From the NCBI GenBank assembly GCA_951406725.2, contig OX597819.1, positions 75,082,001 through 75,146,000 on the forward strand: a DNA stretch of 64,000 nt, in the 5' to 3' direction. The position numbers and the translations under genes were made by a program. Positions 39,865-54,189 of this stretch are shown here, piece after piece (position 1 is the stretch's first letter; the number at the start of each line of letters is the position of its first letter). This stretch comes from Octopus vulgaris. Lineage: Eukaryota. A model generated the notes under the pieces. That model saw only the letters and a list, made by a program, of their open reading frames with translations, ran no database searches and was not told the DNA's origin.

Positions 39865-40800
39865 GCGATGCCTTCAAAGAAAAAGAAATTTCATGCTAAT
39901 GTGGATTTTTAAAAGTAACCAAATTGCTATTTTTCGTAAACCAAGCATAACATATTCCGAAATCCATTAGTTACTGAAGAAGAAATCCATATTTATTTTT
40001 CTGTCTATAATAAAGAGAATAGATCAAGAAAATTGGTTTTATTTCAAAGTAAGAAAGCTTTTGGCACTACTTAGAACTTCTACCACTACAAATGACGGGA
40101 GACTGAAATACTTTGTTCTTCAAAACAGAAAGAAAATCCTGCAGTACCGACTAAGATGGTTGTGAACTGCAGTAACAGCCAAGAAAGTTGTTTCTAGAAG
40201 AATCATAACAAGAAATTTGAAAGATATTAGTGTTTCCCGCTATAAAAAATGTGTTACGAAGCTCCGGATAATACAAGGTCAAATTGCACTTTTTGGCCAA
40301 GTATGGTAACTGTGATTCAGGCTGGTTTCAGAAAGTCACCTACGAAGATTAATCAAGATTAGAGCTTTAAACTCGACTTCGTAGAGCTGGTGAGAGATTT
40401 CACCTTCAGTATACAACAACTGTAAAATATGGAAGAGGTAGAATCCTTAGTGCATTTTCCTCTGCTGGTATTGGCACTTATAAAGACCGAACAATCAATT
40501 ACTACCACGGAATTCCGAAAACAATTGGATGAAGGATAACTTTCCAGTCTGCAAAAATTATTTTCTGGTGAAAAAAAAAAAAGACAGAAATAATTTTTCA
40601 ACATGACTCAATACCATTGCCCATACTGCAAAAGCAACAGAAAAATTCCATGGAAATAATTAACTGGCTGGGTAAGAGTCCGAATATGAAACTCATACAG
40701 AATATTTGGCATGTATTGGGCACTTGTCTGAAGAAAATTTGTAAAATCTGACCAAGTTGAGATGCTGTGAAACTTGAATGGGAGGATATTGACACTTTTT
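39865..40800 (+). pseudogene. Degenerate Tc1-family (DD34E-like) transposase
   Basis: IIFQHDS..AHTAKAT..INWLGKSPNMKLIQNIWHVL resembles FQQDNAP.HTA..WP..SPDLNPIENIW. Confidence 0.75.
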
Positions 40801-41260
40801 GGTCCAAAAATAACTCTCCCCCCACCAAAAAAAAAATTGGTTAACTTAATTACACGGAGAATTTCTACTTAATAAATGAATGTCTGAGCTAATAAAATGC
40901 GTCTGATTAATCCGACTTTTGCTTAGAATTATTGTGCGTGTGTATTTTAGAACAGTACACTGAAGATATTTACCATCAAGTGGGCGCTTATCATGTTTGG
41001 TTGAGTTTCAAATAGACAAAGGGTTTCACTTAATCGTATTAAAAAGTCGTTTATTGTAGTTTATAAGGGAAAATACAAAGGCTTTTATTACATGCGACTT
41101 CAGTGATCTTAATCGAGTTTACCATGTAGTTTATACGCTGATTGTTTCTTATTGTGTATTACTACGATCACCTGATCGATACACACACGCACGCATACAC
41201 ACACGCTCACACACACACATACACACATACACACACACTAACACACACACACACACACAC

Positions 41261-41294
<34 letters not shown>

Positions 41295-41814
41295 ACACAC
41301 ACACACTCACACACACACACACACACATTAAGTTTTTGGCAGTTACAAGTTCATAGGAACATGGTCAAGCCACTGAGAATAAGGAACTCAAAGTGAAAAG
41401 TCTGAGTGTCAATAAATTTAATCCGTAACCGCGAATCTCACAAAATATATTTGTTTCGCCAGAAGTCCTCGTCAAGGATCGAAAATGATGCGTGGTGCAA
41501 CTAGTAAAACGAAGAACTAGGTAGAAAGATATATAGACAAAACATGGTATCGAAAATGATGGTAAGTGGCATCGAAGACGGTGGTGAAAGCATCATAGAT
41601 ACTAGACGTGATCGTAATATAAGAAGTTTGTGAGAAGTGTCTGGTGTCGGTGCGGTGAATGACAATGTATTAGGTAATAATGACGGTGATGGAGGTGAGA
41701 ATGGACATGTAGGCCTTGGTTGGAGAGGCGAAGGCGATGGCATGTGAGTTGATGGTGATAAAGAATGTGTTGAGAGGGAGAGGAGAGGTAGAAATGGCAA
41801 TTGTTGACAAGGAT

Positions 41815-42910
41815 ACATTCGCACACAGAACTGCCGTATACTTATAAACTGACTCGGACTTATATAAGTATTCTTATGATTGAGGAAACCGGTGATAAGG
41901 TTGTGAGATCACTCCAGCCCAAGCTGAGAAATGGCAGAAAATGGAAGGTTCAGAAAGAAGTGGATGCAGCAAAGGAGAGTCTTCTATTTACGGAAATAAC
42001 TGGAAACACACAGACTAATAGTCAGGGACCACGCTCAATTGAATGACGGTCAAAGCAAAAGTAAATCAAAAAGAAAAGTAGTAATATATAAAGTGAAGGG
42101 AGCAGAGGATGCCAAGAGAATCAAGAAGTTAGTCCAGCTGGGCCAAGAGGACAATGGACAACGTGGAAGAATGTACTCCAAAGAAGTCTCAGATGGAATA
42201 ACATATGACAAATAGCTCCTCCCAGAGTCAGCTTCATCTCCAGGTCTGTATAAGACCTCCTACCCTCAAATACAAACCTGGGGATGTACCTACTCTACTG
42301 TGCATATCTACTCCGTCAAAGCAAAGAAACAGTAGAACATCTGAGTTCTCGCAATGTGACGCAAGCCCAGGGGAGATACACATAGAGGCAGAATCAAGTA
42401 CTTAAAGATGGCTTACAAGTGATTTGTACCACGAGAAAGAAGACGACATCATCAGAAGCTCCACCAGTGTTCTACGCGGCAAGTGGAAAAGATTGTAAAC
42501 TGGAACAACTGTGCCAATTGAATCGTGGGAGCAGAGTCTACTGCAGACCTTTCTGGATGGAAAATCACTTAGATATCATCAACAAATGTGGTATGAGATC
42601 AGATATTGTATCCAGCTCACTTTCTACAAATAAATGTTTCTGATCAAACTCAGTGTCATATAAAAACAGAATGAATGAAACCCAATTTACGAGACTAAAA
42701 ACTATGGGAATAGGCAGTTTAGCCATCACATATTGAGAAACTGGCTTCTGAGCCAAAGTCCTTGCTATAAAAGTGAGGGCGATGCGGTTTTTGAGCAAAT
42801 CTGCCTACGATCCCATAAAGCGGCTCTCAATTTCTAGGAAAAAGAGATCTCTTAAGGTAATAGGGGAAGCAGCTGAAAAGGGTTCCAACGGCATCTAGTT
42901 GACGTTGAAA
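41815..42910 (+). mobile_element. Hero-clade (R2 superfamily) non-LTR retrotransposon 3' fragment, degenerate
   Basis: LRNGRKWKVQKEVDAAKESL..EITG.TQ, GQWTTW..LQRSLRWNNI*..PRVSFISRSV*DLLP..NL, GRYT*RQNQVL, GEAAEKGS. Confidence 0.8.
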
Positions 42911-43560
42911 GGCGGGGATGGTGACTTGTTAATAAAGAGCGAAGTATCATGCGTAATGAAAGTTTATTGTGCAAGGAGGAAAATTTTAAATTCCTCGTCT
43001 GAGATGGGAGTGATGATTCTTACGAAATTAAAAGCATTAAGGGATGTGAGTTTTGTGACTGATTGGTAATAGTTGTTGACATAAAACTGGACGGACTCGG
43101 AGCTGCGTTTGTAAGGTTATAATTTGAACCATTCGATGACTGCGAGATTAATTGCCCCATAAGTACAAAGATGAAGTTCGTTTTTCCTTTGGAAGAATCC
43201 GCTCGAATATCGATGCTTCAAATGTTCGATTTTGTTCCTTTGGTCGTCTTCAATGTCATGTTAGCTATATGGTCCTTAAATGTAAAGAACATTTGAGATG
43301 AGTACAAGGGGTCAGTTCTGTGATCAACATTAAGTTTAGAGGTGATCGTTTTGCCTTAACAGCCTACCTTTGATGTATTCTTTTTTTCTTTGTTTACTTA
43401 TATATATCTATCTTTCTACCTAGTTCTCTACATAACTATCTGTACTACGCAACAATTTTATTTACTTATGAGGCCTTTGGACGAAACAAAATATATTTTT
43501 TTGGACTCACTGTTGTGGATTAAATTGAGCAAACCGATATGCATGTATGTGTATATGTAC

Positions 43561-43614
<54 letters not shown>

Positions 43615-43896
43615 CACACACATACATACACACATCCGTATTAGACTGTGGGTTGTGTTGGGGCACTGGCTTGAAGAAATTTTAGTCGAACGAATCGATC
43701 CCAGTATGGTTTTTTTTAACCTGGGAACTTATTCAATTGCTCTCTTTTGCCGAACTTTCTTGATTATGGGAACGTAAACACACCAACACTTGTTATCGAG
43801 CAGTGATAAGATGTTTATTTCTAAGTTATATACAGTGTAAGCTAAAATCTATAGATATACTTTGAAGCACAGTAGGGTATTGAACAACGTTGAGTA

Positions 43897-44120
<224 letters not shown>

Positions 44121-46359
44121 TACTTAGCAGCTAAAAATAACCCCAAACACTTTTTTCTCTTTCATAACTCCGATATAACTTGCAGCCTTCGCAGAGATGT
44201 AATTGGATGAATTCTACCCAAACGCTTTCATCATTATTGATAAATTGTCTATTAACCTAGACTGGCCCTCTTAACAATAGTTCGTTATCTTTTATATTTA
44301 TTCCCCATCTCTTGGAGTCGTAACTTAATTATAATACAACGAACCAATGCGCTTTCTCTGATTTTCCTTATTTCATTTCTTCTTTTTGTTTTTATTTATG
44401 TATTTGCTTGATTTTTGTTATATTTTCTGTTTATTTTTGCTGCTGTTGTTAACTTAGTTTTATGTTACCGCTCATGTTCCCATTACGGTATCTTCAAATA
44501 GGAAGGTTACATCTATTAGATTAACCCATGTACAACACAAGCCAAACGAAACAGCTTTACTTGGTTGCTCGATCTCTTAGAAATAGTATTAAAATCGTCT
44601 TGAAATCAATCATACATTCTTATATCTTTAAAAAAAGCGGGGAAAGATACGCTGGTTGATATAGTCTCAGATGCAGTATGGCTGAATGTTAAAATGCCTT
44701 TGATCAGTATTCTACTGGATCGAAGATGACATGAAATTAAACAATCAACAAATACCTGTGCGTATTGTATATGTCTTCGAGGAATTTTTTAATGTGGCTG
44801 AGGTTCAATTTAAAAAAACATGTAAACTGTAATCCCTGAAATATATTCTTTGATAAACAACAGCAACCTTCAGATATATCTCACCGCCCTTATTCTCTCT
44901 ACCCCCAAAGCATTTTGATTTATAACTTGTTTAACACTCACTGAAAACTCTAAAGATCTTGTACGTGAAAAAAAATCCCCTCAGTAATTCTTGTCTCATT
45001 AAGATATTTTTACTAGTTCGGCTTTCATTTCCTAATAGAATAGAATGTCACGCATGCAAAAAATGAATTGGTGTGTTGCCTGCAAAGATGGAGGAAAATG
45101 CTCTTATTACAACCACGATGTTCATTATGCAAACAGTGTACGCCTGTCTCAGATGGAACGATTGGTAGCAAGTCGCCTGCTTTATTGCCTTCAATGATCA
45201 AGATTTGTTTTTAAATGTTATGATTGAGTCAGTGGAAATAAAAGGGAAGTACATATAAGTGTTTGTAGGGTTTCCAAAACTGCGAAGAGGATGGATAGAG
45301 AGGTAAACAACGGTTTATGTATTGCTGTTGCATGAACCAACAAATCAAGATATCGGGTTATCCTCAGGCCGGAGTCATGCCCCGTATCCTTGTGAAAGAA
45401 GAGACCCTGTTAACGTCATCAAAGGATCAGGTGCTGGTGTTAAACCGAACGTCAGATAAGGTCTACTCGCTGGTTCATTTAACAATGTAACACTCGACAG
45501 ATACTATACAGTGTAACATAACAATACGCTGCGTTAATTCACAGAAGCATTGTTGAAGCATGTGAATTAAGTTTTTATATTTACAAATTAAAGTGCTGGG
45601 CTCAAGTTCGTATGGTTTATGTCAACCTATTTTGTCAGAAAGAAGAAATTCTGGTGTCGCTATGAAATAAAGCTGTATCGCAGCTATATTCCTTGCAATA
45701 AAACACTAACCCAACCCACCCCATCTTCCTGTGCTGTATGTGTCGTGGTATTTCATCTCTATATTATGGCAACTATTTCTTTTTTTTTTTTAATAGGGTT
45801 ACATTTAACATCTGCATTCAGCTTAGAGAGTAAACTCCCTGTTTCTTTCTTTCGAATTTAAATGTTGATTTCTTTTAAACATTTTGCCTGTCCAAAGCAT
45901 TTTCATAAGCTGGTCCTAAACGTCCATGATTGTTTTCAGATATTTAATTAGCCCTTGTCCTATACGTTCTAAATGATATAAAGCTTTCCTTTCATAAATC
46001 CCAAGTTATTCTGGTGGTTGAAAAAAAAATTGGGAATATGTATCATATATGATGCATAGACTCGAGGGAAATATGTCCTATGTATTATATGTGATGTACA
46101 GGACTGGCAAAAGGTTAATTGGAAAATTCATAGAGTGGGCGAATGAGATTGTGAAAGTTTCATTCTCTTTCAAGGAGATCGATGGTGGAAAGGATATTTC
46201 CCCTTCCTCTATAAACTTGAGCTTTATTCTTGCTCTCAGTAATTTTTTTTAAATAGCATAGATTAAATAGACTTCTTCATCAGTGTTTTGTTAAAAATAA
46301 ATCTTTTTTTCTTTTGTGAAAACATCTCCAAAGTAATTTATCATCGATTGAAGCAATAT

Positions 46360-46800
46360 TTATTTCTAACATAAGTACACATTTTTGGAAAGGCTATAAC
46401 CGATTATGATCGACCAAGTTTCTGGTTGAAACTTATTTTATCGACACCAAAAGAATGAAAGACAAAGTAAACTTTAGAGGAATTCAGACTCAGAACGTAA
46501 AGACACCTAACTAAATTCTACAAGATAGTTTGTCCAATGCTGCACGAATCTAGCGAATCCACCGCTAGCAGTAGAAGCAATATTGATTTTTAATAGAGAT
46601 ACATGACCTCAACATTCGGAAGAGAGGAGTTGTCGATTAAATTGACCCATTACTTAGCTGTACTTTATTTTATCGACCATAGAAGGATGAAAGCCAAAGT
46701 TCACCTTGAAAGGATCCTAAATCAAGACATAATGATCCGTAATTAAATACTACAGAGTCTTTTGTCAGCGGCTCTACTGAATCTAGGAATCTATCCCTAG
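46360..46800 (-). mobile_element. Two old, diverged SINE family A copies
   Basis: ttattttatcgac..aagaatgaaagacaaagt..ctcagaacgtaa occurs twice in degenerate form. Confidence 0.65.
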
Positions 46801-47398
46801 CTTTATTTTGATACCGTCATGATAATGTCTTCAATGATATAAATAGCAATTGTTCAAATTATATTATTATTCGATGAATTTTTTTACTCATAAATGACAA
46901 GTTTCAGTTTCTCTCTTATATTCAAATGTATTTCGCGTCTCTTTTATTTCTATCACAGTAGGAACATATTGAAGTAATGACGAAAAATTCAATGCAATAA
47001 CGTTTATTTATTTACTTTTTTTCATTTTCATCTTATTAATTATATGATTTAGTTATGTAATTTGCTTCATCAACCAAACATTTTGCTTGTTCAAGGATTG
47101 ATAAAATAATTATTTTTCTAAAATACAGCTTATAATGTTATGTTCCAATTGCTTCCTACGGGGATAAAGCAGAGCTTGCCTCATGCATTTTACATGAATC
47201 ATTATTTTTGCTCTTAGGATATAATTATCCTAAACATGATATATATTATATGTATTATACATATATTATACACACATACATACCCCCACCACACACACAC
47301 ATACATATACATACATATAAGTATGTATACACACATACACACACACATACACACTTACTAACCCATTCACATTAATCTACTGGGTCGACTACACTTTT

Positions 47399-47437
47399 CT
47401 ATGCTGACGAATAAAATAGATCGAAACATGTCCATAG
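47399..47437 (+). ncRNA. Minimal hammerhead motif; second degenerate copy near 47810-47850
   Basis: ctatg|CTGACGA|weak stem II|GAAAC-at-GTC|catag. Confidence 0.6.
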
Positions 47438-48749
47438 TTGTCCTTTGCCAGCAAACAAACATTAGACTGTATTCTTTACCTAAGTATGTAAGTTTAATTT
47501 CAGAAATTAATTCTTTATTTCTAAAAATTATATCTCCTTTCCCTACAGAGTCGCTAGCAATTACAACTACATTTTAATCTTTCTGTATCTTGGAAAGATA
47601 TTTCAATAACTTAGGAATTTATAACGCGCTGCATTCCTTATATTGCCCCTCAACAGAATTAACTAAATTAATGCCATTGGTCACTTGATTTATTTTCCTT
47701 TAGTTCTTTTTAATATCAGTTATGCAATTTATTCTAGACCAAAATATATACATGGATGTTTTTAATGTGTGAAAATTCTAACCACTGATTTATAGACTTG
47801 AGTAGACTGTAGTGTGCTGGCGAAATAAAATATATCGAAACACACGCCCAGAGTTGTCTTTAACCAGCAAAGAAAAATCAGATCGTTTTCTCTCCCTATG
47901 TATGTAAATTAAGAGTGTAGTTTTGAACTTTAAAAAACTGGGGGCTCACTGCATGAAATATGTTAGCACCGACATTATCATGGAATGAAACGAAACAGAA
48001 ACTATTTATTTACTTGCGTATTTCCACTACTTTTGTATTTCTTTGATAATCACATGAAGTCAGTAATTTTGTTTGTGTCTTTAATAGTAGGGTGTGGTGA
48101 GACAGATGTTAACGAAGTGATGCTCATGCTCTTTTGAAAAGCATTTGTGACGTAATTAAAGTGAGACGCATAAAAACCAAATCACGAAGTTGAGTCGCTG
48201 TAAAGTTGCTTATTACTCTACAACTCATTGTGAAAGCTTTTCTTTCTCATCTTTCATTGTTACAGACTTCGTGTCTGGCAATCAATAATGCAATTTCCAA
48301 TGAAAAATACTATTTAAAAAACACATACTGCTTACTAATATGTTTTATAATTTTAAATTTGAGAGAGAAAAAAATTCTGTGAATGAGTTATCTTTTACTG
48401 CTATTGTTGGTCCTAAGTTTTTTTCTTAATATATTTTATATTTTTTGTAAATTGACGTAAGAGTTCTTCTTTGTTCTTAGTAAACTGAGAATCAAAATAA
48501 TATTACATAAAATTACAATTGTGCTAACAAGTTTCAATGGCTTGATTGTCTCCCTTCGTTCCTTTGTTCTGTTTTCTTTATTCCTATCTTTTTCTTTTTT
48601 CCTTTCTTTTTCCTTCTCTCGTACACATTCACATCTACATATCTATGAATATATATCACTCTGCCCGACGTCTATCTACCTATGTCTCTCTGTATACATA
48701 CATACATGTGGGGTGGGGAATGGAAAATATGAGATCTATGCCTCTGTAA

Positions 48750-49095
48750 TTGGTATGATTTGACAACATTCAAATTTTGAACATATAAATGGGATGAGAA
48801 ATTAAGTGTCATGGCGTCGCTGTCCTCAAAGCAATACCAACGTATTTGGTGTTGATTAGCTTACAACCAGAAACAGAAACCATGTCACCGTATCGAGAAA
48901 GCCTAGTCCCTGGCTCAAGCAACTCCTCACCAATTATATGTTGGTTTCTTGGAAATTTTTTATGTGTTTAATCAAGGAAAAAGATCTGTGTCTTCTACCT
49001 TCATAGATAATTCCAGACTGATCGGCGACGCGGTCAAACGAGGAAAAACGTGAGCGAGAAATGGTTTTCGTTGCCGCATCTGAAGCATTGCAGCA
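48750..49095 (+). mobile_element. Highly degenerate CR1/Jockey-like RT remnant
   Basis: KL..HGV, D*LTTRNR.HVTVS.KPSPW and STFIDNSRL (resembles FADDSKL), in the expected order. Confidence 0.4.
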
Positions 49096-49099
49096 TTTC

Positions 49100-49418
49100 T
49101 TCTGGCTTTTTTCGTTCTCAGTTCAGGTCGAATTTGCCTGCCATCCTTTCGGGGTGAATAAAATTTGTCCATCCTTTCGGGGCGCATAAAATAAAGTACC
49201 AGTTGATTACTGGGATCGATATAAGCGATTATTCCCATTCTCTAAAATTTCAGGCTTTGTGTCTATATAGTAGATTTTTCTGAGTTCAAATTCCGCTGAT
49301 GTCGACTTTTTTTCATCCTTTTGGGATCGATAAATTAAGTTCTAGTGCGCACTGGGGTTGATATGACCGACTTAACCCTTCCCTCAAAATTTCACGTCGT
49401 GTGCCTTTAGTAGAAAGG

Positions 49419-49420
<2 letters not shown>
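49100..49420 (+). mobile_element. Cluster of SINE family A fragments, tail B, ending in (ATT)n
   Basis: catcctttcgggg.., gtgcctttagtagaaaggattattatt. Confidence 0.8.
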
Positions 49421-49477
<57 letters not shown>

Positions 49478-49487
49478 TATTATTATT

Positions 49488-49836
49488 ACTATTGCGGAGG
49501 TATTGTTTTCAGTCGTGTTCGTTTGTTTGTTTGTATGTTCCGTGGAGAAGAAATCTCAAGAACCACTAGATGGATTCAGATGAAACTTTCAGGGATGTTT
49601 AGCCTCGTGACTGGCATGAACTGGCTAGATTTGGGGACAAAGATTCTGGATTATTTTTCCGTTTTTTTTTCTACTTAATTTTTGAGAGCGGTCGGGTTCA
49701 TTTTTAGTATTCTCGTTTGTGAGAGCAGTCGAGTTTATTTCAGATATTCTCATTCTAAAAATCATCTCTGGCTAATCGTTGAGAGGACGTTGGTGTTGCC
49801 TTGACGGAGGCCTGCGCTCTCTGAGCACTCTTTTTG
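49488..49836 (+). mobile_element. Helentron-associated non-autonomous (HINE/DINE-like) element
   Basis: gcggaggtattgttttc, internal (GTTT)n, 3' ccttgacggagg..gcgctctctgagcac; T-rich flank; partial copy at 59680-59848. Confidence 0.65.
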
Positions 49837-49867
49837 TTGTTGTTATTATTATTATTATTATTATTAT

Positions 49868-50080
49868 ACGAGCTGGCAGAATCATTACCACACTGGGCAA
49901 AATGCTTGGCGGCATTTCGTCCGTCTTTATTTTCTGAGTTCAAATTTCGCCGAGGTCGACTTTACTTTTCATCCTATCGGAGTCGATAAAATAAGTATTA
50001 GTTGAACACTGGTGTTGATGTAATCGACTAGCCCCATCCTCGAAATTTCTGGCCTTGTGCCAAAACATGAAATCATTATT
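49868..50080 (+). mobile_element. SINE family A, tail C
   Basis: gagctggcagaatcatta..gagttcaaatt..ggccttgtgccaaaa. Confidence 0.88.
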
Positions 50081-51156
50081 CTTACTATTGTTATTTTACT
50101 GTTTAGTCAGAGAGGAAAGAACAAATCCTATAACGCTTTTTAAATTCTTTTTGAAGTTTTTCGAAACAGGTGGGAAGAAAGGAAGAGTTTATTTTGAAAT
50201 CTGGATGTAACCCCGAATGCTTGCAACAGATAACGGTACCAAAGGACGAGGGCTGATGTTAAACAATGGGACTCATTAAGTCAACTTTCCAAAAACACCC
50301 TAGAACCCAGATCTGAAACAAATACAACAAAACACCTTGTTTGACGTTCTAACAACTCTGACTATCCACCATCTTGGATTAATAGTTTATTTTATCGACC
50401 CTTTAAAGACGGATAGCTGTTAACATCAGAAGGATTTTAACTGAGAGCGCAGTTATCCAGAACAAACACTGAAAAGTATTTTGCCCTACGTTCTAACGAC
50501 TGTAAGCAATTTGCTATCTATTCGGGATTTAGGAGGATTGATTTTCTGAGGGATTAAAGTGACTTACTGCAGGGCCAAGGTGGGGACAGCAACAGCATCT
50601 TTCCTCTTCTTCCTCCCTTCTTTCTCTTCTTCCCTCCTTATCTACACTCTTACCTCTTCTTTCTCCTCCTCTCGGTCCTCTTCTTCTTCCTTTATATCCT
50701 CTTCACCCTCCTCCTTCTTTTATAATACTCATTTTTATCCTTTGCATATTTTTAATGACTTAGTCAAAGCCCATAAGTATTTTCAGGAATTCTGCGATTG
50801 ATGAGCAGAAGGCAAGAAACTACCACCAAATCGAAGCAATTTGATGATGGACTCTGCTCCGAATTCTTGTAACAGAATGGGCCCCACTAAAGGCATCCAA
50901 AAAACTAAATGAATCTTATTAAACTAGGCGATAGATTACGTCTCTCAATGGACCTACGCATAGTTTATGTCTTTTAAATTTCGTTCACATGATTTAGTTC
51001 AACCAAAAGAAACCGTAGATGTCACGCAATGGCTTAGATCCCGGAACTCCTTAACCATATAACCATACCAACATCTATGCTAGCTCATCCATACATAACC
51101 CTAACCCTAAATTTGCTCGTGGATTTCCTACTTACATGCAACCCTCAGTATGATTA

Positions 51157-51531
51157 CTCTTTACTCTCTTTTACTTGTTTCAGTAATTTGACTGTGGCCA
51201 AGCTGGAACACCGCCTTTAGTCGAGCAAATCGACCCCAGGACTTATTCTTTGTACTTATTCTATCGGTCTCTTTTGCCGAACCGCTAAGTTACGGGGACG
51301 TAAACACACCAGTACTGGTTGTCAAGCGATGTTGGGGGGACAAACACAGACACACAAACTTATACACACACATACATTTATATATACATATATACGGCGG
51401 GTTTCTTTCAATTTCCATGTACCAAATCCACTCACAAAGCTTTGGTCGGTCCGAGGCAATAGTAGAAGACACTTGCCCAAGGTGCCACGCAATGAGACTG
51501 AACCCGGAACGATGTGGTTCGTAAGCAAGCT
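51157..51531 (-). mobile_element. SINE family B
   Basis: Aligns with the other copies; tail (gagtaaaa)-like repeats. Confidence 0.9.
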
Positions 51532-52714
51532 CATTTTTCGAGAAGTGGACTACGAGACATTAATTATGAAGCAGACGCACTACTAAAAAATTTCAAAGTA
51601 ATTTATTTATTAGGTGTGTCATTGAGAAAGTCTCGCGGGCCGCCGTTTGCTCATGACTGATTTAAGCATTTGGCTTTTATACCCCATCTAGTATTCGCTA
51701 CGCTTGCCTCTATGTGACAAACAGATTCATAAAAATAACACCTGAGTCATTTAGTATGATAGTCGCCTGGATTCCTTTTTCATCTTGTGCCCATACGTCT
51801 AATTTATTAGCTTTTGACTCCTGAGGTCTGGGAGCTTCAGTAAACGAAGACATGAAAAATTCCAGTTTATTAAATCAATTGAGATTAATTTGGTTCAGCG
51901 TATAAACGAGATGCAATTTTGATTATTAGGCTCTATCGATTAGTCCCGTCTGGAGACAGTTTAGATATTGATCGACTATTTAGATAAGATATGAGACATT
52001 TTGATGGAATTTTGGGTTACTTTTTCTGTTATTTTTAGTTGTGGTGGAGGGTGTTTGTTTTTTGACTGGTGTATTATATAATTTATAGATATGTTTGTTC
52101 TCTTTGTAAATTCATACAGAAATAAAACAGAATTCAGAGTTTTTCCTTGAAGCCAAAACAAACAATTGGAAACGTGAATTGTTCGCTAGAGAATTGTTAG
52201 CGCCCATCGGATTCTGGTACTAGAATACACACGCATATATTGTGTATACATACATAAATACGTGCAGACATACTGATAGGCAGACAGAAAGAAAGCCATA
52301 TATATCCATACAGAAAGACAGATAGATATAAATAAGTATCTTTAAATAAATATACACACAAATAACCCAATTCCTACAATTACACACATTTACGTACACA
52401 TAAACACATATATACACGCATACAGCCTCCCCACGCACACACACATTTTGGCACTAACATATATGTGTGTACGCGTGCGTGCATGCGTGTGTGTGCGTGT
52501 GTGCGTGTGTGCTGTGTGTGTCTTTACAGGCGACCAACTATCAGTCGTTAGAGCATTAAATGGAGTGTCATGCGGTTATTGTTCAGACAGTTAATGTCCT
52601 GAGTTCAAGACCCGCCGAAATCAACTTTGCCTTTCATCCGTCCAAGGTCGATAAAAAAAAAGTGCCAATCTAGGGCGATGGAATAGCGTAACATACATAC
52701 ATACATATACACAC

Positions 52715-52747
<33 letters not shown>

Positions 52748-52860
52748 TGTATGTATGTATGTATGTATGTATGTATGTGTGTGTGCGTGCGTGTATTGAT
52801 GTTTGTTAATATCAAGGATTTCTCAGCAAATATATATTTATTAAGCTATTTATTAAGCTA

Positions 52861-52910
52861 TTACAAGTCTGACGAAGGTAAGGAATCCGAAACTTCGAAG
52901 TCGCTGTGAA
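52861..52910 (+). ncRNA. Minimal hammerhead motif with intact core
   Basis: ..agt|CTGACGA|a-gg-loop-cc|GAAAC-ttcgaa-GTC|gct..; palindromic stem III acttcgaagt; AATAAA then (TG)n downstream. Confidence 0.7.
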
Positions 52911-52935
52911 CAGTTTGCTTCTAAAAGTTTAATAA

Positions 52936-52937
<2 letters not shown>

Positions 52938-53008
<71 letters not shown>

Positions 53009-53108
53009 TGTGTCTGTCTGTCTGTATATATATATGTATATGTATATACGTATGTATGTATGCATGTATATATAGACATATATATATATATACATACATA
53101 TATGTATA

Positions 53109-53166
<58 letters not shown>

Positions 53167-53672
53167 TGTATGTACGTATGCATATATACCTATATGTATG
53201 TACGTATGCATATGTACCTATATGTATACAGATATGATAATACGAGGGCAATCGGCACGAGCGCGTGCGCACGCACACACACACACATACAAAGAAACGC
53301 GTTTATACTGGTATTGTACAACAACCCAAAGATATACCGGCAATTATCACAGAGATTAAGCCACACGATGACTTGATATAACTTCTGAAACATGACTAAA
53401 CATAAGCTCATTATAATTATATAATTATTAAGAATATATGAAAACATCCATCCATCCATCTTTCCTTCTATTCGTCTTCCACGCGTGCATGACTCCGATT
53501 ACATACACACATATACATACACACACACACATACATACATACATATATACATACATACATACATACACGCATACATACATACATACATACATACATATAC
53601 ATACACATACATACATACATACATACATACATACATACATACATACATACATACATACATACATACATACAT
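52938..53672. repeat. Compound TG/TA/TACA microsatellites
   Basis: Directly visible. Confidence 0.9.
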
Positions 53673-54127
53673 TAAAAACGAGAATATTTGCTGCTGTTAA
53701 TTGCTTAGAAACCTAAAGACAACTTCTTTCAACCAGATTATTAGTTCACCTTTGCACTCATAATGCTGGTTATATTACTTAATGTCTAATTGATAATCTT
53801 AAAAATCTGAAGTTTTCAGGCTAAAAGGAGACATTTCACATCGTATTCTGTAAATCTAGTCTGTGAAGAGAACAAAGAAAATAAGCAAACATTTTCGAAA
53901 ATATATAATTCTATACTGTTGTTCGTATCTGAATTAGAATGAGCTATTGTCTTCTATTTTGTTTTTCTTTCTATCAGAAACCTGCTATTTCTGCAAAGGA
54001 AGATTTCAAAGAAATAGAAATAAGATTCATACATACATGCACACATACATAAATGCATGCATACATAAATGTATGCAAACATAAGTAGATGTTTACATTA
54101 CATATATACTTACATGCATACATGCAT

Positions 54128-54175
<48 letters not shown>

Positions 54176-54189
54176 ATATAAATATATAT

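Noticed and set aside
41500-41800. Pro/Ser/His-rich minus-strand ORFs
   Set aside because: Decayed GGT/GAT low-complexity sequence
45000-45600. Possible host exon in unique sequence
   Set aside because: No sustained frame or recognisable motif with consistent splice sites
51096-51110. Telomere-like (TAACCC)2
   Set aside because: Only two units, expected by chance
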